From Candidatus Limnocylindria bacterium (GTDB lineage: Bacteria > Patescibacteriota > Saccharimonadia > Saccharimonadales > JAGQNK01): DNA of 64,000 bases. Made by a program: the position numbers and the translations under genes. Positions 35,555-45,325 of this stretch are shown here, in pieces (position 1 is the stretch's first letter; every line of letters begins with the position of its first letter). The stretch covers positions 3,027-67,026 of the forward strand of contig DATHJH010000018.1 in assembly GCA_035489815.1 (NCBI GenBank), written 5' to 3'. The notes under the pieces are model-generated. The model made no database searches and was not told the origin of the DNA. It saw only the letters and a list, made by a program, of their open reading frames with translations.

Positions 35555-36991
35555 ATGGGTACACTGGTACATCTACCACTGTCGCTATTGGCAGATGCTT
35601 CGGCCGCGTCCAATGTGATGCGCTCCTATATCACACCAGCCGTTGCCACGATATGCGGACTGGCTTCGCTGGCTTGCGTATTCTTTCTAGTGAACGGTGG
35701 CATCCACTACATAACCAGCTCAGGTGATCCCCTCAAGCTAGAGCAGGCCAAAAAGATTATCAAGAACGCGTTGGTCGGGCTGACCCTAGTGCTTGCTGCT
35801 GCTACGCTCACCGGCATACTAAATCATGCCTACACTAGTTCTAACACCACGCCCACCGAGAAGTTTCCTGTCCTAAAATCTATCGAGCCAGCTGATGACG
35901 GAGTAGACATTTGGGATGTGTTTATAAACGCGGTGGTCGGGTTCTTGAGAAATATTGTGGAGACTGTAGCCGAACCCTTCTTAAAAGGTTTGAGCTACTT
36001 CCTGAACAGTACGCCGCTGGTGGGCAATAATTCCAGTGTCTATGACCTATGGAAGGCCGTCGCTCGCATAACCAGCGTGCTGTTTATTTTGGTAGTGGGG
36101 CTACTAGGTTTTCATATCATGAGTGCTTCTACATTTGGACTTGAAGAAATCGAGGTTAAGCAGCTTTGGCCGCAGCTTGCCCTGATTTTTATTTTGTTAA
36201 ATACTTCCATCTTCGCGATTGACGCGGTCATCAGTTTGTCCAATGCCATGATCCGCGCGCTGCAAAGTAGTTTTCCGAGCACAGACGTATGGCTGGTACT
36301 CGCCAATATTACCAAGCAGTCTTCCGACCTAGGCGTTGCTGGTCTGTTGGTCATGGTGGCACTTCTCGTACTCTCAGTTATGTTGCTCGTGTACTACATT
36401 CTGAGACTCGTGACACTCTACATCGGCGCGATACTTTCACCGCTAGTGGTGCTCCTATGGTTGATACCCGCCTTCAGGGACTTTGCACTGGCCGCTCTCA
36501 AAACGTATCTGGTAACTATTTTCGTCTTGTTTGTGCATGTGGTCATTTTACTGCTCGCTGCTTCGATATTTACCGGCTCGATCCAGGCTGACACAAGTGG
36601 TCAGCCAAACACACTGATGGCACTTTTGGTCGGCTTGGCAACCATTGTGGCGCTACTCAAAACACAAGGTGTCATGCAAGAGCTGTCCTATGCCGCCAGC
36701 GGGCCACGAGCGGCGCGTGAGCTATCTGGATCATTCATTAGCGGTGTGAGTCATCTAAAGCAAAGTGCCAGAACTACCAAGCAGGTGACAAAGAAGGCCG
36801 TAAATGGCGGGAAGAAGGTCAAAAATCAGGCACGCAAGCTTATGTCTAGCGATAAGAAGTCAGGCAGCCCAAAAAAGGATAAAAATGACCAGGGTAAACG
36901 CGCGTCGGGCGGAGGGGCATCGGCCAGCTCTAAGCCACTTAAAACTGGTGAGGTAAGACCCGCCACACGCCCGAAGAAGGAGACAAAATGA
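35555..36991 (+). CDS. VirB6/TrbL-like polytopic T4SS membrane protein with N-terminal pilin-like module
   Basis: The N-terminus repeats the pilin pattern (GGIHYITSSGDPLKLEQAKK versus GGLGYITSSGAPERLDKSKQ), followed by about 6 TM segments and a basic C-terminal tail. Confidence 0.6.
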   Translation: MGTLVHLPLSLLADASAASNVMRSYITPAVATICGLASLACVFFLVNGGIHYITSSGDPLKLEQAKKIIKNALVGLTLVLAAATLTGILNHAYTSSNTTPTEKFPVLKSIEPADDGVDIWDVFINAVVGFLRNIVETVAEPFLKGLSYFLNSTPLVGNNSSVYDLWKAVARITSVLFILVVGLLGFHIMSASTFGLEEIEVKQLWPQLALIFILLNTSIFAIDAVISLSNAMIRALQSSFPSTDVWLVLANITKQSSDLGVAGLLVMVALLVLSVMLLVYYILRLVTLYIGAILSPLVVLLWLIPAFRDFALAALKTYLVTIFVLFVHVVILLLAASIFTGSIQADTSGQPNTLMALLVGLATIVALLKTQGVMQELSYAASGPRAARELSGSFISGVSHLKQSARTTKQVTKKAVNGGKKVKNQARKLMSSDKKSGSPKKDKNDQGKRASGGGASASSKPLKTGEVRPATRPKKETK

Positions 36992-37491
36992 GAACCGCAA
37001 TAGTTCCCGCCCAAGTTACAACCGTCGAAGACAGTATTGCCGGCAATCTTAGCCTGTCACAACTGCTTTTGCTGACCAGTCCAGTCTTTGGTAGTAGTGC
37101 CTTGTTCGTGCTGTTGCCACCATTCTTTAATTACGCAGTATACAAAGTTGTGCTAATCGCTGGACTTGCCTTTTTGTGTGGCCTACTAGCTATTCGGATC
37201 AAGGAAAGAATTTTACTTATGTGGTTGATCACCTTGCTGCGCTACAATCTCCGGCCAAGATACTACGTCTTTGATAAGAGAAGTCCGCATTTGCGTCAAG
37301 CAAGGAGTGTAAGCAATTCGAAGAACGTTATCGAGGAAGCCAAACCTAAAAAGCTCACTCGTCCCGAATTACCACCATTGAGCGCGGCAGAACTTGTCAG
37401 GGTTGAGGACATCATATCTGATCCAAACGCCAACTTCCGCCTTGAGGTCAATAAGAAAGGAGAGCTAAGTGTTCGCTTTACAGAAGTCTAA
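36988..37491 (+). CDS. Small 2-TM T4SS protein (PrgI/VirB3-like)
   Basis: Its position immediately upstream of VirB4 and its two TM segments support the call. Has a 4-nt overlap with the previous gene. Confidence 0.45.
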   Translation: MRTAIVPAQVTTVEDSIAGNLSLSQLLLLTSPVFGSSALFVLLPPFFNYAVYKVVLIAGLAFLCGLLAIRIKERILLMWLITLLRYNLRPRYYVFDKRSPHLRQARSVSNSKNVIEEAKPKKLTRPELPPLSAAELVRVEDIISDPNANFRLEVNKKGELSVRFTEV

Positions 37492-38089
37492 TAAGAAAAC
37501 TTCGGCACGTCAGCAGATCAACATCAAGGGCGTCAAAGATGGCATCCTCATGTTGCCGCGCAATCGCTACCGCATGGTGATGGAAGTGTCATCAGTCAAT
37601 TTCGAGCTAAAGAGTGAGGACGAGCAGGATGCGCTCATAGATACCTACGAGAGCTTTCTAAATTCCTTGCCTTGTCCTTTGCAGATAATCGTCCGTATCC
37701 GTGAGCTGGATATGAGCAAATACCTAGCCGACCTGGAGAGCAGACTGGATAACGAGAAGGAAGCCGTCTACAAGTCACAGATCGAAAACTACAGCGAATT
37801 TGTGCAAGACCTAGTGACCAATAACAGCATCCTTTCACGGCATTTCTATGTAGTATTGCCGTGTACTACCGACGACTTTGACACGGCCAAAGAACAGCTT
37901 GCCACTAATAGCGATATGGTCAGCAAAGGCTTTTCTCGCCTCGGTATGCACACGCGACAACTCAGCAGCCTTGAGGTGCTTGATCTATTCCACACCTTCT
38001 ACAATCCCGACCAAGCCAAACGCCAGCCGATCACCGAGCGAGTCGTGCAGTTACTAAACAGCTCATACGTTAGGAGCGAGGAGCTATGA
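37469..38089 (+). CDS. VirB4 N-terminal-domain-like protein (split VirB4, part 1)
   Basis: INIKGVKDGILMLPRNRYRMVMEVSSVNFELKSEDEQDALIDTYESFLNSL resembles the N-terminal region of Gram-positive VirB4/TrsE-type ATPases. The stop overlaps the next ATG. Confidence 0.45.
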   Translation: MFALQKSNKKTSARQQINIKGVKDGILMLPRNRYRMVMEVSSVNFELKSEDEQDALIDTYESFLNSLPCPLQIIVRIRELDMSKYLADLESRLDNEKEAVYKSQIENYSEFVQDLVTNNSILSRHFYVVLPCTTDDFDTAKEQLATNSDMVSKGFSRLGMHTRQLSSLEVLDLFHTFYNPDQAKRQPITERVVQLLNSSYVRSEEL

Positions 38090-39822
38090 GAGAACCTTTA
38101 GCGCGAATAGCCGAGTGGAAAAAGCGCCATGACGAACGACCAAAAGAACTAGCTTTGAGCTTTGGCGAACAAGACCAGATGGACAGACTATCTTACGAAG
38201 GCATGAAGGAAGAGGCCGACCACCTTTGCATTGACGGCCAGTATATCCGCACATTGCTTATCTCAGGCTACCCATTCAATGCACAAAGCGGTTGGCTCGA
38301 CAGCCTCATCCACTTCAATCACAATGCCGACATTTCGTACCACGTCCATGAGGTTGGCGCGCTTCAAGCATTGCCTAAACTAAACCGCAAAATAACTGAA
38401 TTCAGATCAAGAGAACTGGCGCTGATGCGCAAAAAGAAAGAGATAGACTCTGAGCTGAGCGATCAACTTGACTCCGCAAGAGAGCTACGAGACAAAATTA
38501 TGCGAGGTCAGGAAAAGCTTTTCCAAGTTTCAATCTATATAGCTCTGCGGGCGGAAACACTAGACGAACTCAATAAGATCACTAAGCTGCTCGAAAACAC
38601 TCTGGCCGCCCGCCTTTTCAATGTCAAGACAGCGCGATACCAGCAGCTAGAAGCCCTGCAATCCATATTGCCGCGCGGAGAGGATGAGTTAAACCAGCAA
38701 CGCAACTTGGACAGCTCGGCCGGAGCCCTGACATTCCCGTTCATGTCGTCAGAACTCGTACAAGAAGGCGGCATCTTGTACGGTGTCAACAATTCCAATA
38801 ACTCCTTAGTCATCCTGGATCGCTTTAGCCTGCACAACGCTAACGGCATTGTGTTTGCACAGTCTGGCAGCGGCAAGAGTTACGCCTCAAAGGTTGAAAT
38901 CCTGCGCCAGCTCATGCAAGGCACAAAAGTAATCGTGATTGATCCTGAACGGGAGTACAAAAACCTGACTGACTCCGTGAAAGGCACATATATCAAGCTG
39001 TCCGCCAAGTCCAAAGAAAAGATCAATCCCTTCGACCTAGCCACGACGAGCCACAACAAAGGTGATATTTCCGAACACGCCCAAGACCTGACGGAAGTTA
39101 TATCACTGATGGCAGAAGGTTTGAGCGCCCGCGAAAAGGCCGCAATCGACAAAGCAATTTTGAAAATCTACAGCAAGACCAAGAAGGAACCACCCCTACT
39201 CGAAGACCTCTATGCCGAGCTAAAAGACTTAGGACAACTCAAACTCCGTGAGCGCCTGGAAAAATACATCAGCGGCACACTGGCAAATGTCTTTAATGCT
39301 CAGACTAATATTGAGCTGGATAACCGGCTCATCGTCTTCGACATCAAAGACCTACCGGAATCTCTGCGCCAAATCATGATGATGATTATCGCCAACTTCG
39401 TGCAAAACCGCGTCAAGGCCAAGCCAGAAAAGCGCCTGCTTGTCATAGACGAAGGCTGGTTGTTACTGGAGCACGAGGAAAGTGCTCGTTTTGTGGCCGG
39501 ACTCGTGCGCCGCGCACGCAAATATTACTTGGGCGTCACCATCATCTCGCAGCAAGCAAACGACTTCCTGAAAAGCGATTATGGCCGAGCTATCGCCTCG
39601 CAAAGCAGTCTGCGTATCCTCATGAAGCAAGACACTACTACGATCAAGAACGTGGTAGCCGAGTTTAACCTAAGCGAATACGAGGCCGACTATCTACTGA
39701 CGTGCGGACGGGGGGACGCCCTAATCATTGCCGATCAAAACCATGTCGCGGTTCGGGTGGTCGCGTCCGCCAAGGAACATCCACTCATCACCACTAATCC
39801 AGCCGAGCTATACCAGACATGA
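38086..39822 (+). CDS. virB4: VirB4-type T4SS ATPase (C-terminal ATPase part)
   Basis: Walker A FAQSGSGKSYASK, Walker B LLVIDEGWLLL, then RKYYLGVTIISQ. Confidence 0.85.
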   Translation: MREPLARIAEWKKRHDERPKELALSFGEQDQMDRLSYEGMKEEADHLCIDGQYIRTLLISGYPFNAQSGWLDSLIHFNHNADISYHVHEVGALQALPKLNRKITEFRSRELALMRKKKEIDSELSDQLDSARELRDKIMRGQEKLFQVSIYIALRAETLDELNKITKLLENTLAARLFNVKTARYQQLEALQSILPRGEDELNQQRNLDSSAGALTFPFMSSELVQEGGILYGVNNSNNSLVILDRFSLHNANGIVFAQSGSGKSYASKVEILRQLMQGTKVIVIDPEREYKNLTDSVKGTYIKLSAKSKEKINPFDLATTSHNKGDISEHAQDLTEVISLMAEGLSAREKAAIDKAILKIYSKTKKEPPLLEDLYAELKDLGQLKLRERLEKYISGTLANVFNAQTNIELDNRLIVFDIKDLPESLRQIMMMIIANFVQNRVKAKPEKRLLVIDEGWLLLEHEESARFVAGLVRRARKYYLGVTIISQQANDFLKSDYGRAIASQSSLRILMKQDTTTIKNVVAEFNLSEYEADYLLTCGRGDALIIADQNHVAVRVVASAKEHPLITTNPAELYQT

Positions 39823-40316
39823 CGCCCTTCTTCCTTCTAAAAGCCATGCGCTCCACCAAGAAGGAAGTTGCTATTGTGCTGGTTTCGATGAGCGTCATTA
39901 TGGCGCTACCTATTGCCGCCGTTTCTACGACTACCAATTTGAAAGTATTGGCAGAAACGCCACTCAAGCTATTTACCGGCACGGCTTCGACTAACAACAC
40001 CTACGATTACGGCTATTGCACCTTTTGGGCGGCACAACGCCGAGCCGAGACGGGCCACCCCATTCCGAACACTTGGGGTGACGCCCATACATGGGATGAT
40101 CGTTCCAAAACGGACGGCTATTTAGTGGATCACCTACCTGCTGTCGGTGCCATCATGGAATCCGACGCGGGCATATGGGGACATGTAGCCTATGTAGAAA
40201 AAGTTAATCCAGACGGGAGCTGGGAAGTGTCCGAAATGAACGTCAAAGGCTGGGATATTTTGAGCAGCCGGACATTCAGCGCCGCGCAGGCGCAGGACTA
40301 CAAGTTCATTCACTGA
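39819..40316 (+). CDS. CHAP-domain peptidoglycan hydrolase
   Basis: Cys motif YGYCTFWAAQRR and His motif GHVAYVEKV...VSEMN, with an N-terminal anchor. Confidence 0.8.
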   Translation: MTPFFLLKAMRSTKKEVAIVLVSMSVIMALPIAAVSTTTNLKVLAETPLKLFTGTASTNNTYDYGYCTFWAAQRRAETGHPIPNTWGDAHTWDDRSKTDGYLVDHLPAVGAIMESDAGIWGHVAYVEKVNPDGSWEVSEMNVKGWDILSSRTFSAAQAQDYKFIH

Positions 40317-40317
40317 T

Positions 40318-42927
40318 ATGGAAACAAGCACAACTCTTGAGTGGTTTCACAAGCTGGAAGGTCTTTTGCCTCTAGTGGTCACCGTTTTAGTTTCGGCAGC
40401 TGTCATTGGCGTGGTCGCCATAGTAATCCTGAACTTATTGGATTTCTGGCGGCTACTCAAGCAAAAATCGATCTTTCTGGAACTGACTCCACCAGCTAAC
40501 ACAGACTGGACACCAGACGCCAATCAGCGACTATTCGCAGTACTACATGCCGCAGAGGACAGCCGTTCACTGCCGGATAAGCTAATGAGGCGAAAGGTTG
40601 TTTTTACTCCTGAAATCCCGTCTACTCGCGGGCAAGGCATACGCTACATCATGCGAGTGCCAGCAGATGAGGCCGATTCCTACGCTCAGAAAATCGCGTC
40701 ACATGATCCAGGCGTCAAGGTACGGCAGGTTGACGACTATTTGCCTGAAAACTTGGATTGGCGTAGTGTCCGAGTGCTTTCATTCAGACAGACCAACTCT
40801 TTTGCTTATCCCTTGCGTACACAAACCGACTTGGAACGCCAAGACCCCGTAGCGTATATCAACGGCGCTATGACACAACTCCATCAAGATGAGCTAGTAG
40901 CCCTGCAACTTGTCATAACTCCGGCAAGAGTACGCGAGGCAGAAATTATCCAGAACCGGCTCACACATAACGAGATGCTGGTTACACATTTGGGCAAGCG
41001 TCGCTTTTCCGGTGGCAAGGTGCTTGAACTCATCAATACACTGCTGTTCGGGATTTTGGATCTTGTCGGCGACACCGTTCATGGGCCGAGCCGTAGTATG
41101 AGCACGAGCCAGAGAACGGCTTATCGAAGGCAAGAAGTAGCCTCAAAGATCAGACCGGCACGAACATTGAGTTTAATCGAGGAAGAATTGGCGGAATCGG
41201 TAAACAGAAAGTTACAGCAGCCACTATTTAGAGTAGACATCCGTGCTTTGGTCATAGCAAAAGACAAACAGCGTCGCAAGCAGCGAGCAAATGATATACG
41301 CAACGCGCTCGATGCTTTCAAGGTGGCAAAGTATCAATCCCTAAAAGCTCGCTTTGGTTTTCCGGCGCAGCTCAAAGGCCGCTACCGTCTGTTTGCCTTT
41401 CAGCATCGTTTGCCCTCAATATTCGCGCGTGGTGCCTCAATTCTTGCCGCCTCCGAAGTAGCCGACATTTTCCACTTTCCGCACAGTCAGTCGGCTAAAA
41501 CCGAAAATGTAGTCAAATCTCTCAGCAAAACCCTACCCGCACCCCTTTCGCTCAAGAATGGGACAAAACTAGATGTCCTGTTCGGTCGCAATCACCATCT
41601 CGGAACCGGCACAGACATAGGCCTGACCGCTGCCGAACGTGAACGTCACATGTACGTCATTGGCGGCACCGGCAACGGCAAGACAACGATGCTCAAATAT
41701 CAGATTGTCCAAGACATACAGAACGGCAAGGGCGTTGCAGTAGTTGACCCTCACGGTGATTTAGCCGAAGAATTGCTCGGCTACATACCCGAAGACCGGA
41801 TAGACGATGTGGTTTACCTTAACCCGGACGACCTAGACCGACCCATCGGCATTAACTTACTGGAGCTACCGCCGGGACTTGAGGGCAATGCCCTGAAACG
41901 CGAAAAAGACCTGATCACTGAGTCTACCATTTCAGTCATGCGTAAGATTTTCTCCGAGGACGATTCTGGCGGTCACAGGATCGAGTACGTCTTGCGAAAC
42001 ACTATACAAACGGCACTGACGCTAGAAAACCCGACCCTGTTCACCATCTTCCGGCTACTGAACGATGGCAAATTCAGTAAGGGAGTGATCAAAAACCTAG
42101 AAGACCACGACCTAAAGCTATTCTGGAAGAACGAATTCGGCAAAGCCGGCGGCATGCAAAAGGTCAAAATGGTCGCTGGTATTACTGCAAAGATTGGACG
42201 ATTCCTATTCTCGGCCAGCGCCAGGGGCATGCTGGAGCAAGAAAAGTCCACCATAGACTTCAATGAAATCCTAGACGGCAAAAAGATACTCATCTGCAAC
42301 TTCTCTAAGGGGTTGCTCGGTGAGGACACTTCCATGTTGTTCGGCGTAACCATCTTAGCCAAATTACAGTTAGCTTCACTGAGACGTGCCAGGCAAAAGC
42401 AAGCAAGCCGTAGCCCCTATTATCTTTATGTTGACGAGTTCCAAAACTTTGCCACCATGAGCTTCGTTCAGATGCTCAGTGAGGCCAGGAAGTACAAGGT
42501 GTTCCTGACAATGGCTGAACAAAGCACGCAACAGCAGGCGGATCAGAAGCTGGTTGATATTATCCTGGCAAACGTAGGTACGGTTGTCGCCTTCCGATCT
42601 GGTAGCCCGGCGGACGAACGGTTGATTCAGCCACTTTTTGCACCTTATGTGGAGGAAGGCGAATTGTCCAACCTACCCGCCTACAGTTTCTATACGCGCA
42701 TAGCCGCTATGCACGCCCAAGAACCAATGTCCGGCGTGACAGTTTTACTTGATGTTGAGAGCAATGCAAAGGTTGCTGAGCGTGCCAGGGCTGAGTCTCG
42801 CACCAAGTATGGTCGCGAAGTTGAGCGAGTAGAGGCTAAGCCGCCCCTGAAACATGCAGCAAAGCCTAAAAAGATTGAGTCTACCGAGGTAGCAGCAGAC
42901 TTGTTGCAAGTGGAGGAGTCGGCTTAG
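40318..42927 (+). CDS. Type IV coupling protein (VirD4/TraG/TraD-type ATPase)
   Basis: N-terminal TM, Walker A VIGGTGNGKTT, VAVVDPHGDL and Walker B YYLYVDEFQNF. 869 aa. Confidence 0.8.
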   Translation: METSTTLEWFHKLEGLLPLVVTVLVSAAVIGVVAIVILNLLDFWRLLKQKSIFLELTPPANTDWTPDANQRLFAVLHAAEDSRSLPDKLMRRKVVFTPEIPSTRGQGIRYIMRVPADEADSYAQKIASHDPGVKVRQVDDYLPENLDWRSVRVLSFRQTNSFAYPLRTQTDLERQDPVAYINGAMTQLHQDELVALQLVITPARVREAEIIQNRLTHNEMLVTHLGKRRFSGGKVLELINTLLFGILDLVGDTVHGPSRSMSTSQRTAYRRQEVASKIRPARTLSLIEEELAESVNRKLQQPLFRVDIRALVIAKDKQRRKQRANDIRNALDAFKVAKYQSLKARFGFPAQLKGRYRLFAFQHRLPSIFARGASILAASEVADIFHFPHSQSAKTENVVKSLSKTLPAPLSLKNGTKLDVLFGRNHHLGTGTDIGLTAAERERHMYVIGGTGNGKTTMLKYQIVQDIQNGKGVAVVDPHGDLAEELLGYIPEDRIDDVVYLNPDDLDRPIGINLLELPPGLEGNALKREKDLITESTISVMRKIFSEDDSGGHRIEYVLRNTIQTALTLENPTLFTIFRLLNDGKFSKGVIKNLEDHDLKLFWKNEFGKAGGMQKVKMVAGITAKIGRFLFSASARGMLEQEKSTIDFNEILDGKKILICNFSKGLLGEDTSMLFGVTILAKLQLASLRRARQKQASRSPYYLYVDEFQNFATMSFVQMLSEARKYKVFLTMAEQSTQQQADQKLVDIILANVGTVVAFRSGSPADERLIQPLFAPYVEEGELSNLPAYSFYTRIAAMHAQEPMSGVTVLLDVESNAKVAERARAESRTKYGREVERVEAKPPLKHAAKPKKIESTEVAADLLQVEESA

Positions 42928-43232
42928 GGCTGCCACATTAGTTTTCCTAGAGAAAACTACTCAACTCCCAGAGCAAGCTCAGGGAGTTTACCATACGCTC
43001 TCGCTCATTCCGTCTCACTTTTTGGTTCGGGTAGGCCCTAGCAACCCAGACCTGGAACTTTTATTCTGGAGGTGTAGGGGATTCATCATTCTGATGTACC
43101 ACACTAAAGTTGGCTCTAAATTGATCTAGATCCTTATTCCAGGGCGACTCCATCTACTCTATACAAAAGTCCACCTTCAGGATCGTGGCGAACTATAGGT
43201 TTTAATCCTAACGGATAAGGTATTATTAGCGC

Positions 43233-43652
43233 ATGAAGATATTATTCGTATGCAAAGGCAACAACTGCCGCAGCCAAATCGCTGAGGCGATATATAACCG
43301 TCTGACCGATTCAACTGATGCAAGTTCAGCAGGTACCCGTGTAGAGGGTGCTGGCGATACGCTAGGCGATTTCGGTGACCGCCCAGGCGTTAAGTCCTTT
43401 ACGCTCGATGTTATGCGCGATGCTGGATTCAATATCGAGAACAACAAACAAGTACAACTCACCAAGGATATGCTTAACAAGTACGATCTGGTGGTCAATA
43501 TGGCCGCAAAACAGTTCACCCCAGCCTGGTTGTCGTCAGCACCAAACTATATACATTGGAAAGTGACTGACCCTAGGGGTAGGAGCTATGCCGTAACGGC
43601 TAGCGCCAAGAGAATGATTGAGGACAAAGTTCGTGAGCTAGTCGAAGTTTGA
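43233..43652 (+). CDS. Low-molecular-weight phosphotyrosine phosphatase / ArsC-like
   Basis: Active-site loop MKILFVCKGNNCRSQIAEAI (CX5R). Confidence 0.8.
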   Translation: MKILFVCKGNNCRSQIAEAIYNRLTDSTDASSAGTRVEGAGDTLGDFGDRPGVKSFTLDVMRDAGFNIENNKQVQLTKDMLNKYDLVVNMAAKQFTPAWLSSAPNYIHWKVTDPRGRSYAVTASAKRMIEDKVRELVEV

Positions 43653-43702
43653 GCAGGCGGATATCACACGCTGTTGCATAATGTATCTGATAAAATGCAA
43701 GT

Positions 43703-44530
43703 ATGCAAAAAGGACTACCTACAGTAACGGCTCAGCAGATAGTAGACGAGGCGTTCCCATATTTGGGGCGTGGTTCGTATTTCCAGACTACAGCGTATGA
43801 TACACACCTGTTTATCAGCGGCTCAGACGAATATGACATATTTCATCATTTTGAGTTATTTGGCAGAAAGATACTTTGGGTTAACCAAGTACAAGATGAA
43901 GTAATGGGCGAGCTGAGAGCCATAATGCCCCGAACCATCTTCCAATGCGACCCGAATAACTTTGACGGGCATATTGTGGCACACAGACTAGCTAGTGTGC
44001 TGTGCTATGTTACGCACGGTACATTTATTAATCCTAGACATTGGGTAGGAATAGCGCATCCAGCACCAGGCACTTCTCAGCCAGCAGAAAAATATGTGAG
44101 TATGCATTACGGGCACGACCAAATAGACATGGGCATCCAACGCCTAGATTTAGATACATTTACAGAGAAGCGATGGGCAGCACTTGCACACTACCGCCAG
44201 GCATCACTAGCCGTAACGCCGTACTACCGGGTCTTATCGTACTGGAAGGTAATCGAGCTGTATTTTGGCAACGCCAATACACCTATGAACACCTACATAA
44301 ACGACCTCTATGCTTCCCGGCCCGACATCTTCCACGAGCTAGGTACATTTACCGGTACGGCATCTAGGAAGCTACGAAACATTAGGCATGCAAGTGCTCA
44401 CTTTATGCTCGATGGGGATACCGCCATACAAGATCCAGATAACCCCGACGTCTACAATGAGGTAAGCAACGGACTATTTGCCCTGCGTCGCCTAGCAGAG
44501 GGACTGATAGATAGGACTACGGGGTGGTAG
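43703..44530 (+). CDS. Hypothetical protein with possible HEPN-like RxxxxH motif
   Basis: C-terminal RKLRNIRHASAHF. No other motif recognised. Confidence 0.45.
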   Translation: MQKGLPTVTAQQIVDEAFPYLGRGSYFQTTAYDTHLFISGSDEYDIFHHFELFGRKILWVNQVQDEVMGELRAIMPRTIFQCDPNNFDGHIVAHRLASVLCYVTHGTFINPRHWVGIAHPAPGTSQPAEKYVSMHYGHDQIDMGIQRLDLDTFTEKRWAALAHYRQASLAVTPYYRVLSYWKVIELYFGNANTPMNTYINDLYASRPDIFHELGTFTGTASRKLRNIRHASAHFMLDGDTAIQDPDNPDVYNEVSNGLFALRRLAEGLIDRTTGW

Positions 44531-44592
44531 CTACTTCTTCGCAAACGAGTCTTTTACAAAGAGTTTCTTCGATTTCTTGATATTATTTGTTC

Positions 44593-45273
44593 ATGAAGAC
44601 AACGACACCAATTCTCCGGACAGACATTCCATTTTATCCAAGCCACGCAACTAAAGCTTTTCCTGAAGGTGAGCATTGCGTCGTTATGAGTCTCAAGATG
44701 ATTCTGGGAGTATTGATGCCGGAACGTCAGTTCACTATCGAGGAGCTGGAGAAAATCACAGGCAAGGCTACTGAAGGTGGCGCTTTTGCAACGCATTATT
44801 TGATCTGGATGGTTGATCAAGGCTTTGAAGTGAAACGATGGGACACGCACGACTGGAAGGCCTTTGAACGCGAGGGTGTTGATTATATCCGACGAGTTAT
44901 TGGCGATGGCGCAGCAGACTATGTCGCAGAGTTCGCTGATATTCCGTACGAACAATCGGTAGTGGATGAATTTTTGGAAAAGGTTAGATTGGTACCGCAA
45001 AAGCCGACCGTTGACATGGCCGAAAAAGCTTTTCGTGATGGCTGGCTGCTGCGAGCTGCGGTAAATAGCCGAATACTCAATAATCGTGAAGGGTACATGG
45101 GACACTCGATTGTGATCACCGGCTTTGATGGCGATGAAGTAATCTTCCACGATCCGGGTTTGCCAGCAGAGGCGAACAGACGGGCCTCGCGCGAAGTATT
45201 CCAGCGCGCCATGGACAGCTTCGGCGGGGAGCTTGACGCTATTAGACCAAAGTCAGATTTGCAAACAAAATAA
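44593..45273 (+). CDS. C39-like papain-fold cysteine peptidase domain protein
   Basis: Candidate Cys in EGEHCVVMSLKMIL and His in GHSIVITGFDGDEVIFHDPG. Confidence 0.6.
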   Translation: MKTTTPILRTDIPFYPSHATKAFPEGEHCVVMSLKMILGVLMPERQFTIEELEKITGKATEGGAFATHYLIWMVDQGFEVKRWDTHDWKAFEREGVDYIRRVIGDGAADYVAEFADIPYEQSVVDEFLEKVRLVPQKPTVDMAEKAFRDGWLLRAAVNSRILNNREGYMGHSIVITGFDGDEVIFHDPGLPAEANRRASREVFQRAMDSFGGELDAIRPKSDLQTK

Positions 45274-45325
45274 CCCCTCTCTCGCAAGAATTCAGGGGCT
45301 ATTCGATCTCATAGTAGTACGGAGA

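Noticed and set aside
44554-45150. 198-aa minus-strand ORF opposite the C39-like peptidase gene
   Set aside because: The plus-strand frame carries the Cys and His peptidase motifs. The minus frame has none.
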